Assembly: GCF_009914755.1 (NCBI RefSeq)
Contig: NC_060937.1
Length of the DNA stretch: 64,000 nucleotides
From: the human T2T-CHM13v2.0 reference genome, Homo sapiens
Direction: 5' to 3' (one strand)
Within the stretch, counting starts at the first letter, position 1. Each line of letters starts with the position of its first letter. Made by a program: the position numbers and the translations under genes. This document shows positions 13,760 through 27,333 of this stretch, one piece after another. The notes under the pieces were generated by a model. That model did not search any database. It worked only from the letters and a program-made list of their open reading frames with translations, and was not told the DNA's origin.

Positions 13760-14010
13760 ATGCTTAAAAAATGAGCTCTTATCTTCGGAGATACATACTG
13801 AAATATTTATGGATGGAATGATATAATGTCTGGGATTTGATTAAAAATAATCCTATATAGGGAAGAAGATGGTGGGGAGGGTGGGTTATTGGTGAGAGAA
13901 GACTGGCCATGAGATGATTGTTGTTGAGGTTAGGTTATGAGTACACAAGAATGCATTATACTTTTTTCCCCTACTTTTGCATATGCTTGATGTCTTCAAA
14001 TTATAAACTT
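13760..14010 (+). mobile_element. L1ME-type 3' UTR fragment
   Basis: gagatacatactgaaatatttatggatg...atgtctgggatttg...tacttttgcatatgcttga. Confidence 0.75.
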
Positions 14011-14630
14011 CCTAAGGCAAAAAAAGTATCATGGTTGTAAATCTGGGTGATGGACTGTTGGTGAAGTTGGGAAGGGTGCCCAGTTTTGAAGTAGGAGAAA
14101 AGGTATAAGCCAGTGGCAGTTTGTTAATTCTACAGCAAGTTTTTATGTAAAATGTTTTTTTAAAAATGATTGGCTCAAGCTAGCTCATTTTGTTCCTTCA
14201 GAGGTGTCATTAAGTGCAGATGTATTTGATTATCTGCTTGAAGGTGGGAGTCATACAGAACATGCTGAACCAACACTGTGGCATCGATGCTGTTCACTTA
14301 TCCAACTCCGTATTTAGTGCTGGCTGCTTATATTAGCTGACGAAGCCCTGTGTGATCTGGGTCCAGAATATAGTAGACAGCTTTGATCAGACTCTGGCAC
14401 ACATCTCCCTGAGTGGTTCTGGGAATGATTTCTAGAGGCATTTTGCCGTACTTCCCCTTTCTGCACTGCCTCCCCAATCAGCTGCACATGCCTGGAGCCT
14501 CCCTGAATCTTGTTGCACTCACTGGCTTCCTTCCAACTATGGACTCCATAATTGAGCCCAAGAGAGGGGCCTGTTCCCACAGCCTACGGAATTTCAGAAG
14601 TAGAGAGACTTTTCTACAAGTTAAGCAAAA

Positions 14631-14632
14631 TA

Positions 14633-14667
<35 letters not shown>

Positions 14668-14668
14668 A
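14631..14668. repeat. (TAAA)n microsatellite
   Basis: About 9 tandem TAAA units. Confidence 0.9.
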
Positions 14669-15459
14669 AAGAAAGAAGGAAAGAGAACAAAACCACTATC
14701 ATTTTCCTCTTTTACTCTTCACTTCCTTTTCCCATTCCTTCAAGAAATCCTTTCGGGTGCCTCTATGTGACAAGTTTTGTGTTAGGGATTGATTAGGGGT
14801 TCAAATGTGATCAAGAGGCTGGCTCTTATTCAAGAATCTTCTGCAGTTTGTAGGGGAAGAAAGACAGAAAGCAAGGTAAGGGGGCATTTATGTGTGCCAT
14901 GCTAAATGTCTGTATGGGGCCCAGTGGGGCACAAAAAAGGAGGGGACAATCATTACTATTTTCTCTACTCTTGGGTTTGGATTATAATACTGTCCTTGCT
15001 ATTTATGCATAATCTAAAGCCTCTTTGAATCTCAGTTTTCTCATTTTTGGACAAGACTAAAAATACCTACTTACAGCTTTTATGGGTATCAAATTAAAAA
15101 ATGACCAAAAGGATGTTTGCAAACCATAGGTGTTGATGATGATGATAATGACAATGATGCTGATTACCTTTCCTTCTTCCAACCCACACCAGTGATCACT
15201 ATAGTCCCTGCTTTTAACAGGTCAGATGATCATTGTCACCTGCACACTCAGCTATGTTAAGCTGGGGGATGCAGCCATTTCCAAGGAAGATTCATAAGTA
15301 AGAAGAAATTTCATTTTCCATTTAGGTAATAAATCTTCCCATTGACTTTTAAAAGTGTAGAGCGAAAATGTCCCTTTTGTCTGTTTAATACCAACCACCA
15401 CCTTAACATTTGTTTTTCTGTACAGTTTAAAAAGTACTTCTAAAGTCATAAATCATCAG

Positions 15460-15610
15460 TGCCTCATAATAACCCTTTGACTTAGTAGAATAGATTCCAT
15501 TTTGACCCTCATTTACAGATGTGGAAAATAAGGCCCAGAGAAGTTAAATAATTTGCCCAAGACACATTGCTAGTAGTGGCAGAGCCAGTGCCTGAATTCT
15601 GGTCTTCTCT
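15460..15610 (-). mobile_element. MIR
   Basis: catttacagatgtggaaaataaggcccagagaagttaaataatttgcccaagacaca. Confidence 0.8.
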
Positions 15611-16954
15611 TTCCTAATCTTTAAAATCATCAGCTTTTCCCTGTAAGTATCTATAGCATGCAGAGCTCTTCTTTGATGTCTTTTAAAAAAGCTTTCAACA
15701 TTTTTTTAATCTTTAAGAAATTATCCATATTGTGACATACCGTGAGTGTCTGAAACTCCCCAGCCCCTAGTGCAGTAACAATAAATCAAACAAACAAATA
15801 ACCATCCCCATTGTTTTGTAGATTATTTCCCCAGGAGGCAGATGTTTACTTTTTACAAATGAAAGCTCATTGTTGTCAGGAACATTTAAGAGGCTTAACC
15901 TGTCTCCTCTGGCATATGGCACTGGCTTTTCATGATGAAACTGGTTGTGTGCAGCAGCAGACGAAATTGCAAGCCTCTCTCTGAAACTTCATCAGTTGCT
16001 GTTGCAGAACGTTACTGCTTTCCTAGGCGGGGGCTTGTCTGGGCCTCTTCCACCGTGAATGGAAAAAAAAAGGCAGTTTCCTTTGGTAGAAAATACTCAT
16101 ATTTAATGGGTATGATGTCATGAATTATTTAACCAGCTTAATTTTAAAGCCGAGCCAAAAGAACACAGTGAAGAATGACCTTGAGACTCTTGAAAAATGG
16201 GAATGTTGACTGTGTGCCTGCAGACTCCAAGATGGATTTCTACTTTAGTTTATATTTATGCAACTGTGAAACTTGGTGCCTTGTTCCCAGAGAAATCCTT
16301 TGTGCAGCCGTGTGGAGAAAGTTATTACATTTTAGTGCAGAAGAGCTGTAAAGTTTCTTTCCTCATGTCTCATGAAAGCTAGAGAGGTAGCGAACTTCGT
16401 GCTGGGGGAGTGGGGGCACAGCCCTGAGGAATGAGATGTAGAGTCTCTCAGAAGATGAAAGGAAACAGACATTGTTTTTATTCAGCAAAGAGCCTAGCAT
16501 TAGGTTCTTAGAAGGACTTATGCATAATCCAGTGTCAGTCCTGTTAGGTGCTCACTTGCTTCTGATTCGAGGTGAATAAAGGAAAAGAAGGTGCAGAAGG
16601 ATGAAGATCTGCCAGCCCCACTGTAGCCCAGGAACATGGCAGGCCCAGAGCAATTCCTCCCTAGTAAGGAGCCGTCCACGGAGAGCAGGAGAACACATTA
16701 TGCAGAAAAGGGTCTTTCAAAGCTTTGAGTTTGGCCACTCCAGGCTCATTACCTGGTCAACAGGTTGCTGGACAAAATCATGGAAACTAATGGTGGAATG
16801 AGGTGTTCTTGATTCTTTCAATGCTGTGATGCCAAGCTGTGTCTGCACCCACAAAGGCATGTGACTCGACTCTCCTCCTCCTTCTTCTTTGTAACATAAG
16901 TTCCATTAAAAGTCTCTGTAGAAAGGAAAGGAGTGTGAGTGAGGAGGGTGGAAG

Positions 16955-17135
16955 AACCAGTATTTATCGAGGGTCTGGTAAATGCTTGGCTCTACCTTAG
17001 GTATGATTCATGAATGTCTGTGTGGTATTATCCCCATTTTACAGGGGAAGAAACAGGCTTAGTGTGTAAGATTTTCAACATCACAGTCATTGGCAGAGCT
17101 GGACTTTATTTGAATCTGGATATGTCTGACCCCGG
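16955..17135 (-). mobile_element. MIR
   Basis: gtattatccccattttacaggggaagaaacaggcttag. Confidence 0.7.
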
Positions 17136-17224
17136 AAGTTTATGTGAATTCACCATTCTTATTATGAGGCTCTTAATGATTGGTTTGATCGAGTTTCTAC
17201 TTTCTTTCTTATGGTTTGTGTGTT

Positions 17225-17639
17225 TGTTTGAACTTGTTGGCCCTCATGTGCTGGATGTCTGTTTGTCCTTTCGGATCTATTCTCTATTCTTCTCCCCTCT
17301 GCCCTGTGTTTGGCAGACTGACCTCTAATGACTACTTCATCAGGAATTCATATCCCCAGTTTTCTCTCTGTTCTGGTTCTCTACTGAATGCCACAGATCC
17401 TGCCAGGTGGCCCTCTCCTTGCAGTGCCCTCAGGGTTTTAATAATTGTTCCCTCCCCTTACCCTTTGGGCTTTGGGGGAGTAACAGCTTCCTGCTGTTGC
17501 TAGTTCCTGGGGACTGCACTATCCCTTGTGTTTTCACTAAACACTGCCCACAGGTCTGTAAATTAGCCACTTTATTAAGACAATTGGATTGCCCAATTTG
17601 AGTGTGCCATTTGTTATGTCTGGGACCTTAACTGTTACA
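17225..17639 (+). mobile_element. ERVL LTR (LTR33-like)
   Basis: 3' end tttgagtgtgccatttgttatgtctgggaccttaactgttaca; gtaacagcttcctgctgttgctag. Confidence 0.7.
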
Positions 17640-19177
17640 GGTATACATCACCTTAGTAATGTCATAGCTGCTGTCTTGATTTTGCATCTGTTAGTGACTA
17701 TTTTTATTAGAGTGATGATTTTTGTCCTTTTTTGTTTGTTTGTTTTTCTTAAGGATCTCCTAAATATAAGTTCCAGAAGAACTTTTTTTTTTTTTTTAGA
17801 TATCACTTTCCTTTTGCCTTACTACTTGTTCTCTGAATTTAGTCTGGAAGACCAGAGGAAGCCAATTGCCATTATTATTTTCTAAGATAGAGAGATTTTT
17901 CTTTTTTGGCTTCCAGAGCGGAAGTTATTCTTGTATTAGCATTTCTTTGCAAAACAGTCTGTTGGATTGTCTTGAGAAAACAATGCACGTTTTCTAACCT
18001 TCCAGGGAAAAATCATTATTTCTCTAAAAAGGAAGAGAAATAATGAAAGTATGTTCAGTAAGTAACACTAAGGATAATAAAGGTGGTGGGGGGAGGCAGA
18101 AGATTTAGAATCAAGGTCATTTTTTTCTTTTGTTGGATTGCAGCAAGCATTTAATGGTAATAAAATCTTTTTCCTGTATAATACATTTTATATTAAAACT
18201 GCAGGCATTTAAATGAGGGATTTTATGTCTGTACAGTCTTTATTGAGCATGAAGGATTAAAAAAATGGTTTTGGTTTTTTTATTTCTTGAGACATTTTTG
18301 AGGTTTGAAAAGCTACTCCATGCCTCCTGGGCTCACAGAAGTGAGGATGCAGGGCTGGGAGGTGGCCAGAGCTGCTCACACAGTTCCTTGCTTATGCTAT
18401 TTAACCTTGGACCCTTGTTATTCTGGGCTTCTGTGTCTCCTGAATAAACAGTAAATCTTTCCTGATGGTGTGGCAGGTTTACGATGTGGATTCATGCCTA
18501 TTTTCAGGGGAGCACGAGAGAGCCTTTAATGCATTTTCCCTTCTTTTACTGGTGATTTAGCCAAAGCCTGTGTCTGTCAGTGGGCATAAGACTGGGGGTC
18601 CAGCAGATATTTGGTTCTGTTACATCCTCCCTTTAGTAAAGGGCAGACTCTGGGGCTGCAGTGGTCAGTGACGCAGATGAGCAGTCTTATGGTTCCAGGA
18701 TAAAAGAGTGTTGATGATGATGTTCTTTTATAGATTAGCTTGAATGGATTCATTCTTCTGTTGAAGGTTTCTTGGCTCATGTTTTCATTAGGCCTTTGTC
18801 TTTAATATTGAGAAATTTGTGATCTACTCCTGATGCTTGGATATCAAAATAAGATATCGAGACCTAGATAGGTCCTCCTTTTACCATGGACTTTTACCAT
18901 GTGCAGTGTGGAAGTTTGCTAGACTGGTTTTAAGGCTGTTCATTTTGGGCATTTTGGAAGTGCTTTCAGAAGCATGTTGATGCTACATGTATTAGAAAGA
19001 AAAACTCAACTCACAAGGCAACATCTTTTATTCTTGGTCATTGCTGATATTCATGCTTGAACTGTTGGAGTTGGACTATTCTTGGTCATGAAGTATAGTC
19101 TAGAGAAAAAAAAATCCAGTAGGTTTATAGTCTAGGAGTATTTGAAATATACATTCATATAGAAAATTATCTGCCAA

Positions 19178-19231
19178 GGGAAGTGGATTATTGTTGGTGG
19201 GGATCTGACCTATAGCAGGAGATGCCTCGTA
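19178..19231 (+). repeat. 54-bp local duplication, copy 1 (copy 2 at 20604-20657)
   Basis: gggaagtggattattgttggtggggatctgacctatagcaggagatgcctcgta; 4 transitions relative to copy 2. Confidence 0.92.
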
Positions 19232-20603
19232 ATCTATAAATATCTGCTGTTTGAGTTAAGACGCATTAATTGAAGATGGCAGGCTCCACATTTTACGTCT
19301 TAGATTGCTAGGGCTGCATTTCCCATTGGGTGTTTTGCAACGCCTCTTAAAATCTGAATATCCCCAGTATGTTGACCTGATCTGACTTTAGCCACAACTT
19401 TACACTTTAAAAATAGCCCCAAAGCTGGCATAGAGGAGAGAGCATTTACTTAAACAACTATTTTATCCTTCTACAATGTCATGCAGATCTAAGTCTTTTC
19501 TGTATTTTTCCACTGTAATGGTAGCATATGGTCTATTGTTACCATCAGATATCTTTGTGGGAAGCAAGAGGTGCATGGGTGAATGGAGAGTGATGTTGAG
19601 TAAAAAGCTGTTGGTTTGAGCCCTGGAACTAAAGTTTTCTGCAGTTTCATTTTTTCAAGAGCTCAAACCTTTCAGGAAGTTTCAGCTGATATGCTTTGAC
19701 TTTTAGTTTTGATAGTGCCATCTAATGTTTACTCAGGGCTTTTGAAAATTGGTTAGGAGGACTTTTCTCTGGAGGGAAAAATGTGGACAGTCTTAGTTTA
19801 CTTATGGAAGTTGTTGACTGATAGAGAAAATTGATGACAGTTCCTTATGTCACAAAGTCAAGACCTTTGGCTCTGAAAGTCTGCATTCCTGCAAATCTTA
19901 GGAAAGACCATGATAAGGAAGAAAGCAAAAAAAAAAAAAATGAGAGAAAGAGGGCTGAAGATGACTTAGAAAACAAAAACTCCTAGGCCTGGGAGATAAT
20001 CTCCTCATTAGAAGAAAAATTGGATTCAAATAATGGATTCTTATTACATGAGACAGAATAAAGAATATGATCTCACCGAGGAGACACGAGAGCACACACA
20101 CTTGCCTATACAAACACACACACAGGGGAAAGAAGGAATGCACAGGCGGGAGCGCGTCAGTGTGCTTTATAATTCTGGATTTGTTTTTTGGGTTTGGAAT
20201 TAATTAGATACCATGTTGAATTCCAAATGTGATAATTAGGCAAATTAATGCTGCAGTGAAGTTATTAATGAGGCAAAATATGCTAATATGCTTTTGATAA
20301 AGAGCTCTTCTTCTGCCTCACCAAGAAATTGGCAAACATCTTTCTTTTATTTGGGGCCAGACAGCTTATCTCAAGTGATTTACTAAAAAGGTTCTCGGCC
20401 GTATGCTGTGAACAAATGTTGTAAATAGGGGTTAATGTCTAAATTTTTGATATGTCTCAGTCCTGTCGTGGTGCAGCAAGTCCTATGATGGTCTTTGCCT
20501 GGCTTACCCAGAGAGGCCGAGGGCTCTTCTGTGCCCTTTAATGCGAGGATGAATGTGGCAAGCCCTGACGCTCATGGATTTTGTTCCTAGTAGTAACACT
20601 AGT

Positions 20604-20657
20604 GGGAAGTGGGTTATTGTTGGTGGGGATCTGACCTACAGCAGGGGATGCCTCATA
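20604..20657 (+). repeat. 54-bp local duplication, copy 2
   Basis: gggaagtgggttattgttggtggggatctgacctacagcaggggatgcctcata. Confidence 0.92.
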
Positions 20658-21236
20658 GGTAAGATGGCCATCACCGGATTCAACGTGGGACTGGCTGCCA
20701 ACCACCAACGTGCTTCTTTCTTTTTAGCAGACTTGGTGTCTCCTTTGGTTTTCAGATGTTCAAAACTCCTAGCCCAGAATCATTAGGGAACACATTTAGT
20801 GGTTTGAAAGTGACACAGCAGAATTTCTCTTTCCGATCTTAACTCTGCTATTCAGATCTCACTGTGCATCAGGAGCCCCTGCTGAAACTAAGCAGAGGCA
20901 CCATCTACCCAGAAAAAGTTGGTCATTAAAAACAAAATTTATGAAAATATGAAAAGAACTTTCCCCGTGAGCATATGATTATTTTAGTCCTTTTAATTAC
21001 ATACTCCACCAGGGCACAGCCTGTATAATTTTGATTCATTCAGATATAGTATTTGCTAAGTTCCACTCTGTCCCCCAGGTAGGACAGTTTTGACTTTTGT
21101 TACTCTGAGAAGTGAAGACCGCGGTTTGAGTAGAGCAGACAGTGGTCAGTCCTTGGCTAGTGAGTGCTGTTGAGGTGTGTCCTATAGCAGAAAAGAGACC
21201 ACCCATCAATTGTAAAGCAGTACAGAGAGGAATTGG

Positions 21237-21600
21237 ATCTGTTAGGAATGCCTTTGACTGCAAGTCACAGAAAACCTTACTTCAGGAAATAATGAGTATT
21301 TTTTTTTCCATTCAGTAGACCAGGATAGGTGATCTGCAGTTGAAATATGTCTCAACCATATTGTCAGGGCTCTGTCCACCTTTCCATGGTATCATCTCAG
21401 CAGGTGGCTTTTGTCTTTGTGGGTACAAGATGGCTGCCGCATCTTCAGGCATGGCATCTGTGTTTTAGGCAGGAAGATGAAGGAAGACTTGGTGTTTCTT
21501 TTCTGAAAAGCTTTCCTGGAAGCCCCATACAGTGACCTCCATTTGTATCTCATGGGTCAGAATTGTGTCAGGTAGCCACTCCTAACTGGAAGGTGGGTAG
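21237..21600 (-). mobile_element. Old MaLR LTR (MLT1J/K-like)
   Basis: gttaggaatgcctttgactgcaagtcacagaaaacc...caagatggctgcc...atctcatgggtcagaattgtgtca. Confidence 0.65.
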
Positions 21601-22516
21601 ATGAGGTTGGACTAGCTGGCTAACAGTGTTTGTTATAGTTCTCTTCTTGGGCACTGTTATCCTGGTATCTGTGGTTGTGTCTTCGGCTGACTATCACTCC
21701 AGGGTGGTTATCTGAAAATCTGGCCACCTGGACAAATCTGGTGTGAAACAGAAGTTTGGGTAAGAAAGCCATTTTACTCTCCCCAGCAGAAGGCATTGTA
21801 GTGTGGTGAATAAACTTATGGACTTTAGGTTGAGCTGCATGACTTGGGACATGTGACTTTACTTTGAATTCTCTGATCCTTTGCGAATTGGAGACCATTC
21901 CAGGAATTATTGTAGGAAGTAACTGGGATAGCAAATATAAAGCATCTAGCGTATTTAGCTCAATAGTAAGTGGTAGCTGTCAAGGTGGTGAATTAAATTC
22001 AGATTATATTTATAATGAGCTAATGTGTGATAGATGTGTAATAGGAAATAAATGGTTACCCATTTTCCTTTACCTTTTAAGACAGTGGATTCTGGCAGGT
22101 GGAGGTGTCTTTTTGTTAAAAGGCTTGATGGCAGGGAGGATGTAAGTTTGAATTGATGAAGTCTGTATGCAAATGTGGATATTGAGAAACGTGGGAAGGA
22201 GAAGAACAGGGATGAAAGGCGAAACCCTGGAGGGGCAAATGCTGGACAGGGATGGTGATGAAGGAAAGAGGACCCAGTGGCTGTCAGGCTGGGGAGGGAG
22301 ATTCATGGGGACATTTGACATGGAGCTGTGCTCTGTGTGATGTAAACCCCTCCTCTGACTCACCTGCAAAACCTTCGGGAAATCATGTCTGAAGAATGCT
22401 TTGGAGTAAGAGGGTCTTTTGGTGAATGTGAAGAAGTAATAAGTCTCACCTCAATGTTGGTGTGAAGTTACAGCTGATATACAGTTTCCAGAATGTTCAT
22501 TTCACATAAGCATCAC

Positions 22517-23145
22517 TGTTACTGGAAAGGGGTCCTGATCCAAATCCCAAGAGAGGGTTCTTGGATCTTACACAAGAAAGAATTTGGGGCAAGTCCACAG
22601 AGTAAAGTGAAAGGAAGTTTATTAGAGAAGTGAAGAAACAAAAGAATGGCTGCTCCATAGGCAGAGCACCCCTGATGACTGTTGGTTGGCTATTTTTATG
22701 GTTATTTCTTGAACATATGCTGAACAAGGGGCGGATTACTCATGAGTTTTCTGGGAAAGGGGCAGGGATTTCCTGGAACTAAGGATTCCTCTTCCTTTAG
22801 ACCATATAGAGTAACTTCTAGAGTTTGCCATGGCATTTGTAAGCAGTCATGGTGCTGGTGGGAGTTTCCTTTAGCATGCTAATGCATTACATTAGCATAT
22901 AATGAGCAGTAAGTATGACCAGAGGTCACTTTTGCAGTCATCTTGGATTTGGTGGGTTTTGGCTGGCTTCTTTACTGAATCCTGTTTTATTAGCAGGGTC
23001 TTTGTGACCTGTACCTTGTGATCTCCTAGCTCAGCCTGTTACTAAGAATGTCTAACCTCCTTAGGAGGCAGCCCAGCAGGTCTCAGCCTCATTTTACCCA
23101 GCACCTATTCAAGATGGAAGTGCTCTGGTTCTAACGCCTCTGATA
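22517..23145 (-). mobile_element. ERV1 solo LTR, MER41 family (MER41B-like), full length
   Basis: Reverse complement starts t(a)tcagaggcgttagaaccagagcacttccatcttgaatagg and ends ggacccctttccagtaaca; 629 bp; 4-bp TSD tcac at 22513 and 23146. Confidence 0.88.
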
Positions 23146-25148
23146 TCACTCCTACATAAGTCAGATTTAAAGATACTGCTAACACAGGCCACACAAAATA
23201 CACGTGGAGAATGCTCATGTGAATTCAGCGTTAGGCTCTCTGAGAAGGGGTAAATGACATTTAAGTTGTGGGTCAGATTCTCCTTCCATTCCCCTCAGGA
23301 GATGGTACCCTAAAGTTAGATAGGAACATAGGACTCTATTTCCCTAACTAGGCCTTGGTTTCTTTGTGTGATGAAATCATGTGTGTGATTTTAGCATTTT
23401 AAGATAAAATACTTATTTTTTTGAAGAACATACTTCTAAACAAAAGCCAATTACTATATTTGGTGCTCAATTGGAAAATAGAAACCATCAATCTGTTTCA
23501 AAGCTGGAGGAAAAGCTGGCTGCTTTGAATTTATTGAATGATGGCACAGTACTCTATTTTTATAAGTAAATTAAGAGTTTTTCAAGGGTAATTGTGAATA
23601 TACAATTGGCTGTCGCTTCATGGGCCAATTTTAGAACTTAACCCTTGAGTCAAACATGACTTCACTGGATATTAACAAGCAACAAACACATTCATATATA
23701 GGAGGTGTGAATCAGAGACCATAAATTCAGGTTTTTAAGAGATGGAACTACTCTGTTACCTCCATCACTCCAGAATCTCTCATTTGAATTTTTGTTGCAC
23801 CAAGAGGCAGAAACTTAATTTAAATGAATTCAGAGTCTCCTCTCCCTTTCCTGGGATAGGGGCCACGCTTGGGCTGGTGGGTGGAGGGGCTTTGTGTCCT
23901 TTCACAGAAGGTGGTAGGGGGGTCTCTGGTTCTGAGTTGCCCTCTGTCCATACACACTTGCTAAGACATCCTTGTTCTTAGGTGGTGACCAGTCATTTGT
24001 CCACCTGGGTCACACCTGGGAATGTGGGCCAACCATGTCTTCTCCCAGCCTGGCTCTCTCTTTTAGTTGCTTTCCTGACACGTGCTCATGACTGTTGCTC
24101 CCTGGTCATTCTGGGGCCACAGGAAACTCAGACAGCTGACCAAGACCTTCTACCTTCACACCTAACCCAGCATGTCTCCTCTCCTACTCCCATCCTCAGC
24201 TAATGGTGGGGACATGGTGCCAGATCTTTGGGCTCTCTGGGCATGCACAAAGCAGGCCTGGCATTCTCTGGGCGTAACTGGCATGGGTTGATTTGGGCAG
24301 GAGCAGGGGCAGGGAATGAGCCCTTTTCAGAGGCTTAGTAGTTTCTAAACCTCTTATTCTTTTTTCCTTTCCTCATTTGGGACAAACTTTATCTGGCTCT
24401 CAGGAACAGGAAAAACTGGCTCCGACTGATCACATTTTATTCCAAATCTTTTGTTTATGCCCCAAGTCCTAGGCTTTTGAAACTCAAAACTCTTTTCTCT
24501 CAAACTATTGCTCTCATTTTCTTCTGTGTCAGGCCTTCCCTGAGGAGACAAAAACAGAATTCTCATCTGCCTGAGTGGCGGAAAGTATTGCAATTATGGG
24601 AAATACTGGTGAACATCAGTTAATGTTTCAAATGATTACCTATGACTGACTAATATTCAGGATAAAGAACCACAAGTGCTGTGCAGTGTTCCCTGAGGGC
24701 ATCTCTGTTTGCCTTCCTGCCTGCCCCAACCACCATCTTGGTTTATGCCTTCAAGAAATTGAGGGTAACTTGGCTGTTACAGGGGGCTGGCCAGACACGG
24801 CACTTCTTGAGGGCAAGAGGCAGACATTTTCCTCCTTTCACAAATTGGTGAAAACCTTCCCTCAAGAGGTCACAACAGTCTCCTGCTCACCTATAGGTAA
24901 GCAAATTACACTTCTTACTTATGGGTTGCTGACAGTTCTTTTAATATATTCAAAAACACTAAGTGCTAAAAATTTGGCATCCTAGGTGGATAATTTAGGT
25001 AAAATCATTAGTGGGAACCAGGTAAACCTAATTGTGAGAGGTGCTATGTTTTCACCTCTGAGCCCTCTGAACTCTGAAAAGCCCTTCAAAGCTGGGAGAT
25101 GACCGAAATGTGTCATGGAAAGACTCACATTCATTAAGAATTTGAAGA

Positions 25149-25445
25149 GGTTGGCAGTGGCTCACACCTGTAATCTCAGCACTTTGGGAGGCAGAGGCGG
25201 GTGGATCACTTGAGGTCAGGAGTTCGAGACCAGCCTGGCCAGCATGGAGAAGCCCCGCCTCTACTAAAAATAACAAAAATTAGCTGCGTGTGGTGGTGCG
25301 CCTATAATCCCAGCAACTTGCGAGGCTGAGGCAGGTGAATTGCTTGAACCCAGGAGGCAGAGGCTGTAGTGAGCCTAGATCGCACCGTTGCACTCCAGTC
25401 TGGGAAACAGGAGTGAAACTCTGTCTCAAAAAAAAAAAAAAAAAA
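25149..25445 (+). mobile_element. AluS
   Basis: gtggctcacacctgtaatc...A-tail; TSD aagaatttgaagaggt. Confidence 0.95.
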
Positions 25446-25614
25446 GAATTTGAAGAGGTGAAGAGGTTTAGTGGATAACAGAAGAAGTACCCATAACAAT
25501 ATGTTCCAGCATTATAACTGGGAGAGAAAATGAGGAGATTTGGTGGACATGGGATGCTCCCCAGTCCCTCAAATTTGCCATGTCAAAGAAAAACCAAGGC
25601 CTTAAAAACTTTTA

Positions 25615-26465
25615 ATTTTAATATTTTTATTGTGGTTAAATATGCTTAATATAAAACTCATCATTTTAACCACATTGAAGTGTGTATTTCAGCAGCATGA
25701 AGTTCGTGATATTCTGTAACCATCACCATTTTCTATCTCTAGAAATTTTTTAGCATCCCATATTGAAACTGTATACCCATTAAATAATAACTCACCATTT
25801 CCTCTACTCCGAGCCACTAAACCTCTATTCTACTTTCTGTCTTTATGAATTTGCCTTTTCTAGGTGCCTCATAAGTGGGATCATACAGTATTTGTCCTTT
25901 TGTGTCTGGCTTATTTTACCTGGCATAATGTTTTTAAGGTTCATCCACGTTGTACCATGTATCAGAATTTCCTTCCTTTCCTTTCTTCCTTTTATAAGGC
26001 TGAATAATATTCCATTGTATGTATATGCCACATTTTGTTTATCTATTCATGTTGGTGATGTTTGGGTTGTTTCTACCTTTTGCTCTTGGGTAGATGGGCA
26101 TATACGCAGAAGTGGAATTATTGGATCATATAGTAATTCCGTCTTTAAAGTTTTGAGGATCCACCATATTGTTTTCCGTGGTGGTATTACCATTTCACAT
26201 TCCCACTAACAATGCACAAGAGTTCCAATTTCTCCACGTCCTCACCAATACTTGCCACTTTCTGTTCATTTGATAGTAGTCATCCTAATGGGTGTGAAGT
26301 AGTATCTTGTAGCTTTGATTTGCATTTATTTCCCCAATGACTAGCGATGTTGAGCATCTTTCAGGTATGTATTGGCCATCTGTATATCTTCTTTGGAGAA
26401 ATGGCTATTTAAGCTCTTTGCCTGTTTTTAAATTGGGTTGTTTGGGGTTATTTTGTTGTTGAGTG
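25615..26465 (-). mobile_element. L1MA/MB-type 3' end
   Basis: gtatttgtccttttgtgtctggcttatt...aaggttcatccacgttg...cattcccactaacaatgcacaagagttccaatttctccac. Confidence 0.9.
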
Positions 26466-26839
26466 GACCTTAGGAAATTCTATTTCCATCACACTTTCCT
26501 CTCCTGAATGAAATGCAGCTATATGTTGATATGTTTAGCAGAAGGAGAAGGAGTAATTTAAGAGGGTTGGAGGACACCAAGAGGACAGAACATGGTCCTT
26601 ATTACATAGGATTTTATCAAACCTCCTCAGCACATGAGGCTCTTCCCAGCCCGGCCCTACCAGCCGTCCAGCCTGGTTTCTGGCTGCTGACTGGTCCAGT
26701 GCTCTAGTGCATTCATCTACTTGCCATTCTATAAGTGCCTGGAGAAGTTTCACACTTCCAAGCCTTTGCACAGCTCAGGATTTGCCTCTCCTAAAGTCTT
26801 TCCTAACCCACCTTTATTTGTTCTTATGGCACATCACTT

Positions 26840-27060
26840 GTTAGTTCATTCATTCATTTATTCAAGAAATAGTCACTGAGCACATACTTGTTACCAGGTA
26901 CAAAGCACTGTGCCAGATACTGGGGACTCAACAGTGAATAAAGCAGTTGCTGCTTTCAGGGAACTCATTGTTTAGTGGGGGAAATAGGTAGGTTATCCAG
27001 CAATTACCGTTCATTGTGAATAAGTGCTAAGATGGAAGTACAAAGGGGTGAGAAAGATTA
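26840..27060 (-). mobile_element. L2 3' end
   Basis: ttcattcattcatttattcaagaaatagtcactgagcacatact...ccagatactggggactcaacagtgaataa. Confidence 0.8.
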
Positions 27061-27333
27061 TCTTCCTGAGCTGAGAGCTGGAGTTAGAAGTATTTATGGG
27101 CTGTTGTGAACATTCCCATTTTCTGCATGTTAAATGTGAGCTTGTGTTTTCTTATTTTTATTTTTATATCCCTTAAGCAGTATCATTTACAATCATTGGC
27201 TTCTGTTAATGCACATTCTCACCTCACAGACAGCAGGATTCCAATTCCGAGGTGTTTCCTTGCATACTGAGATATTTGAGGGCCATCTGAAGGTTGCAAT
27301 TCAAACTACGCATTCAGGTGGGGAATGCGGGGA

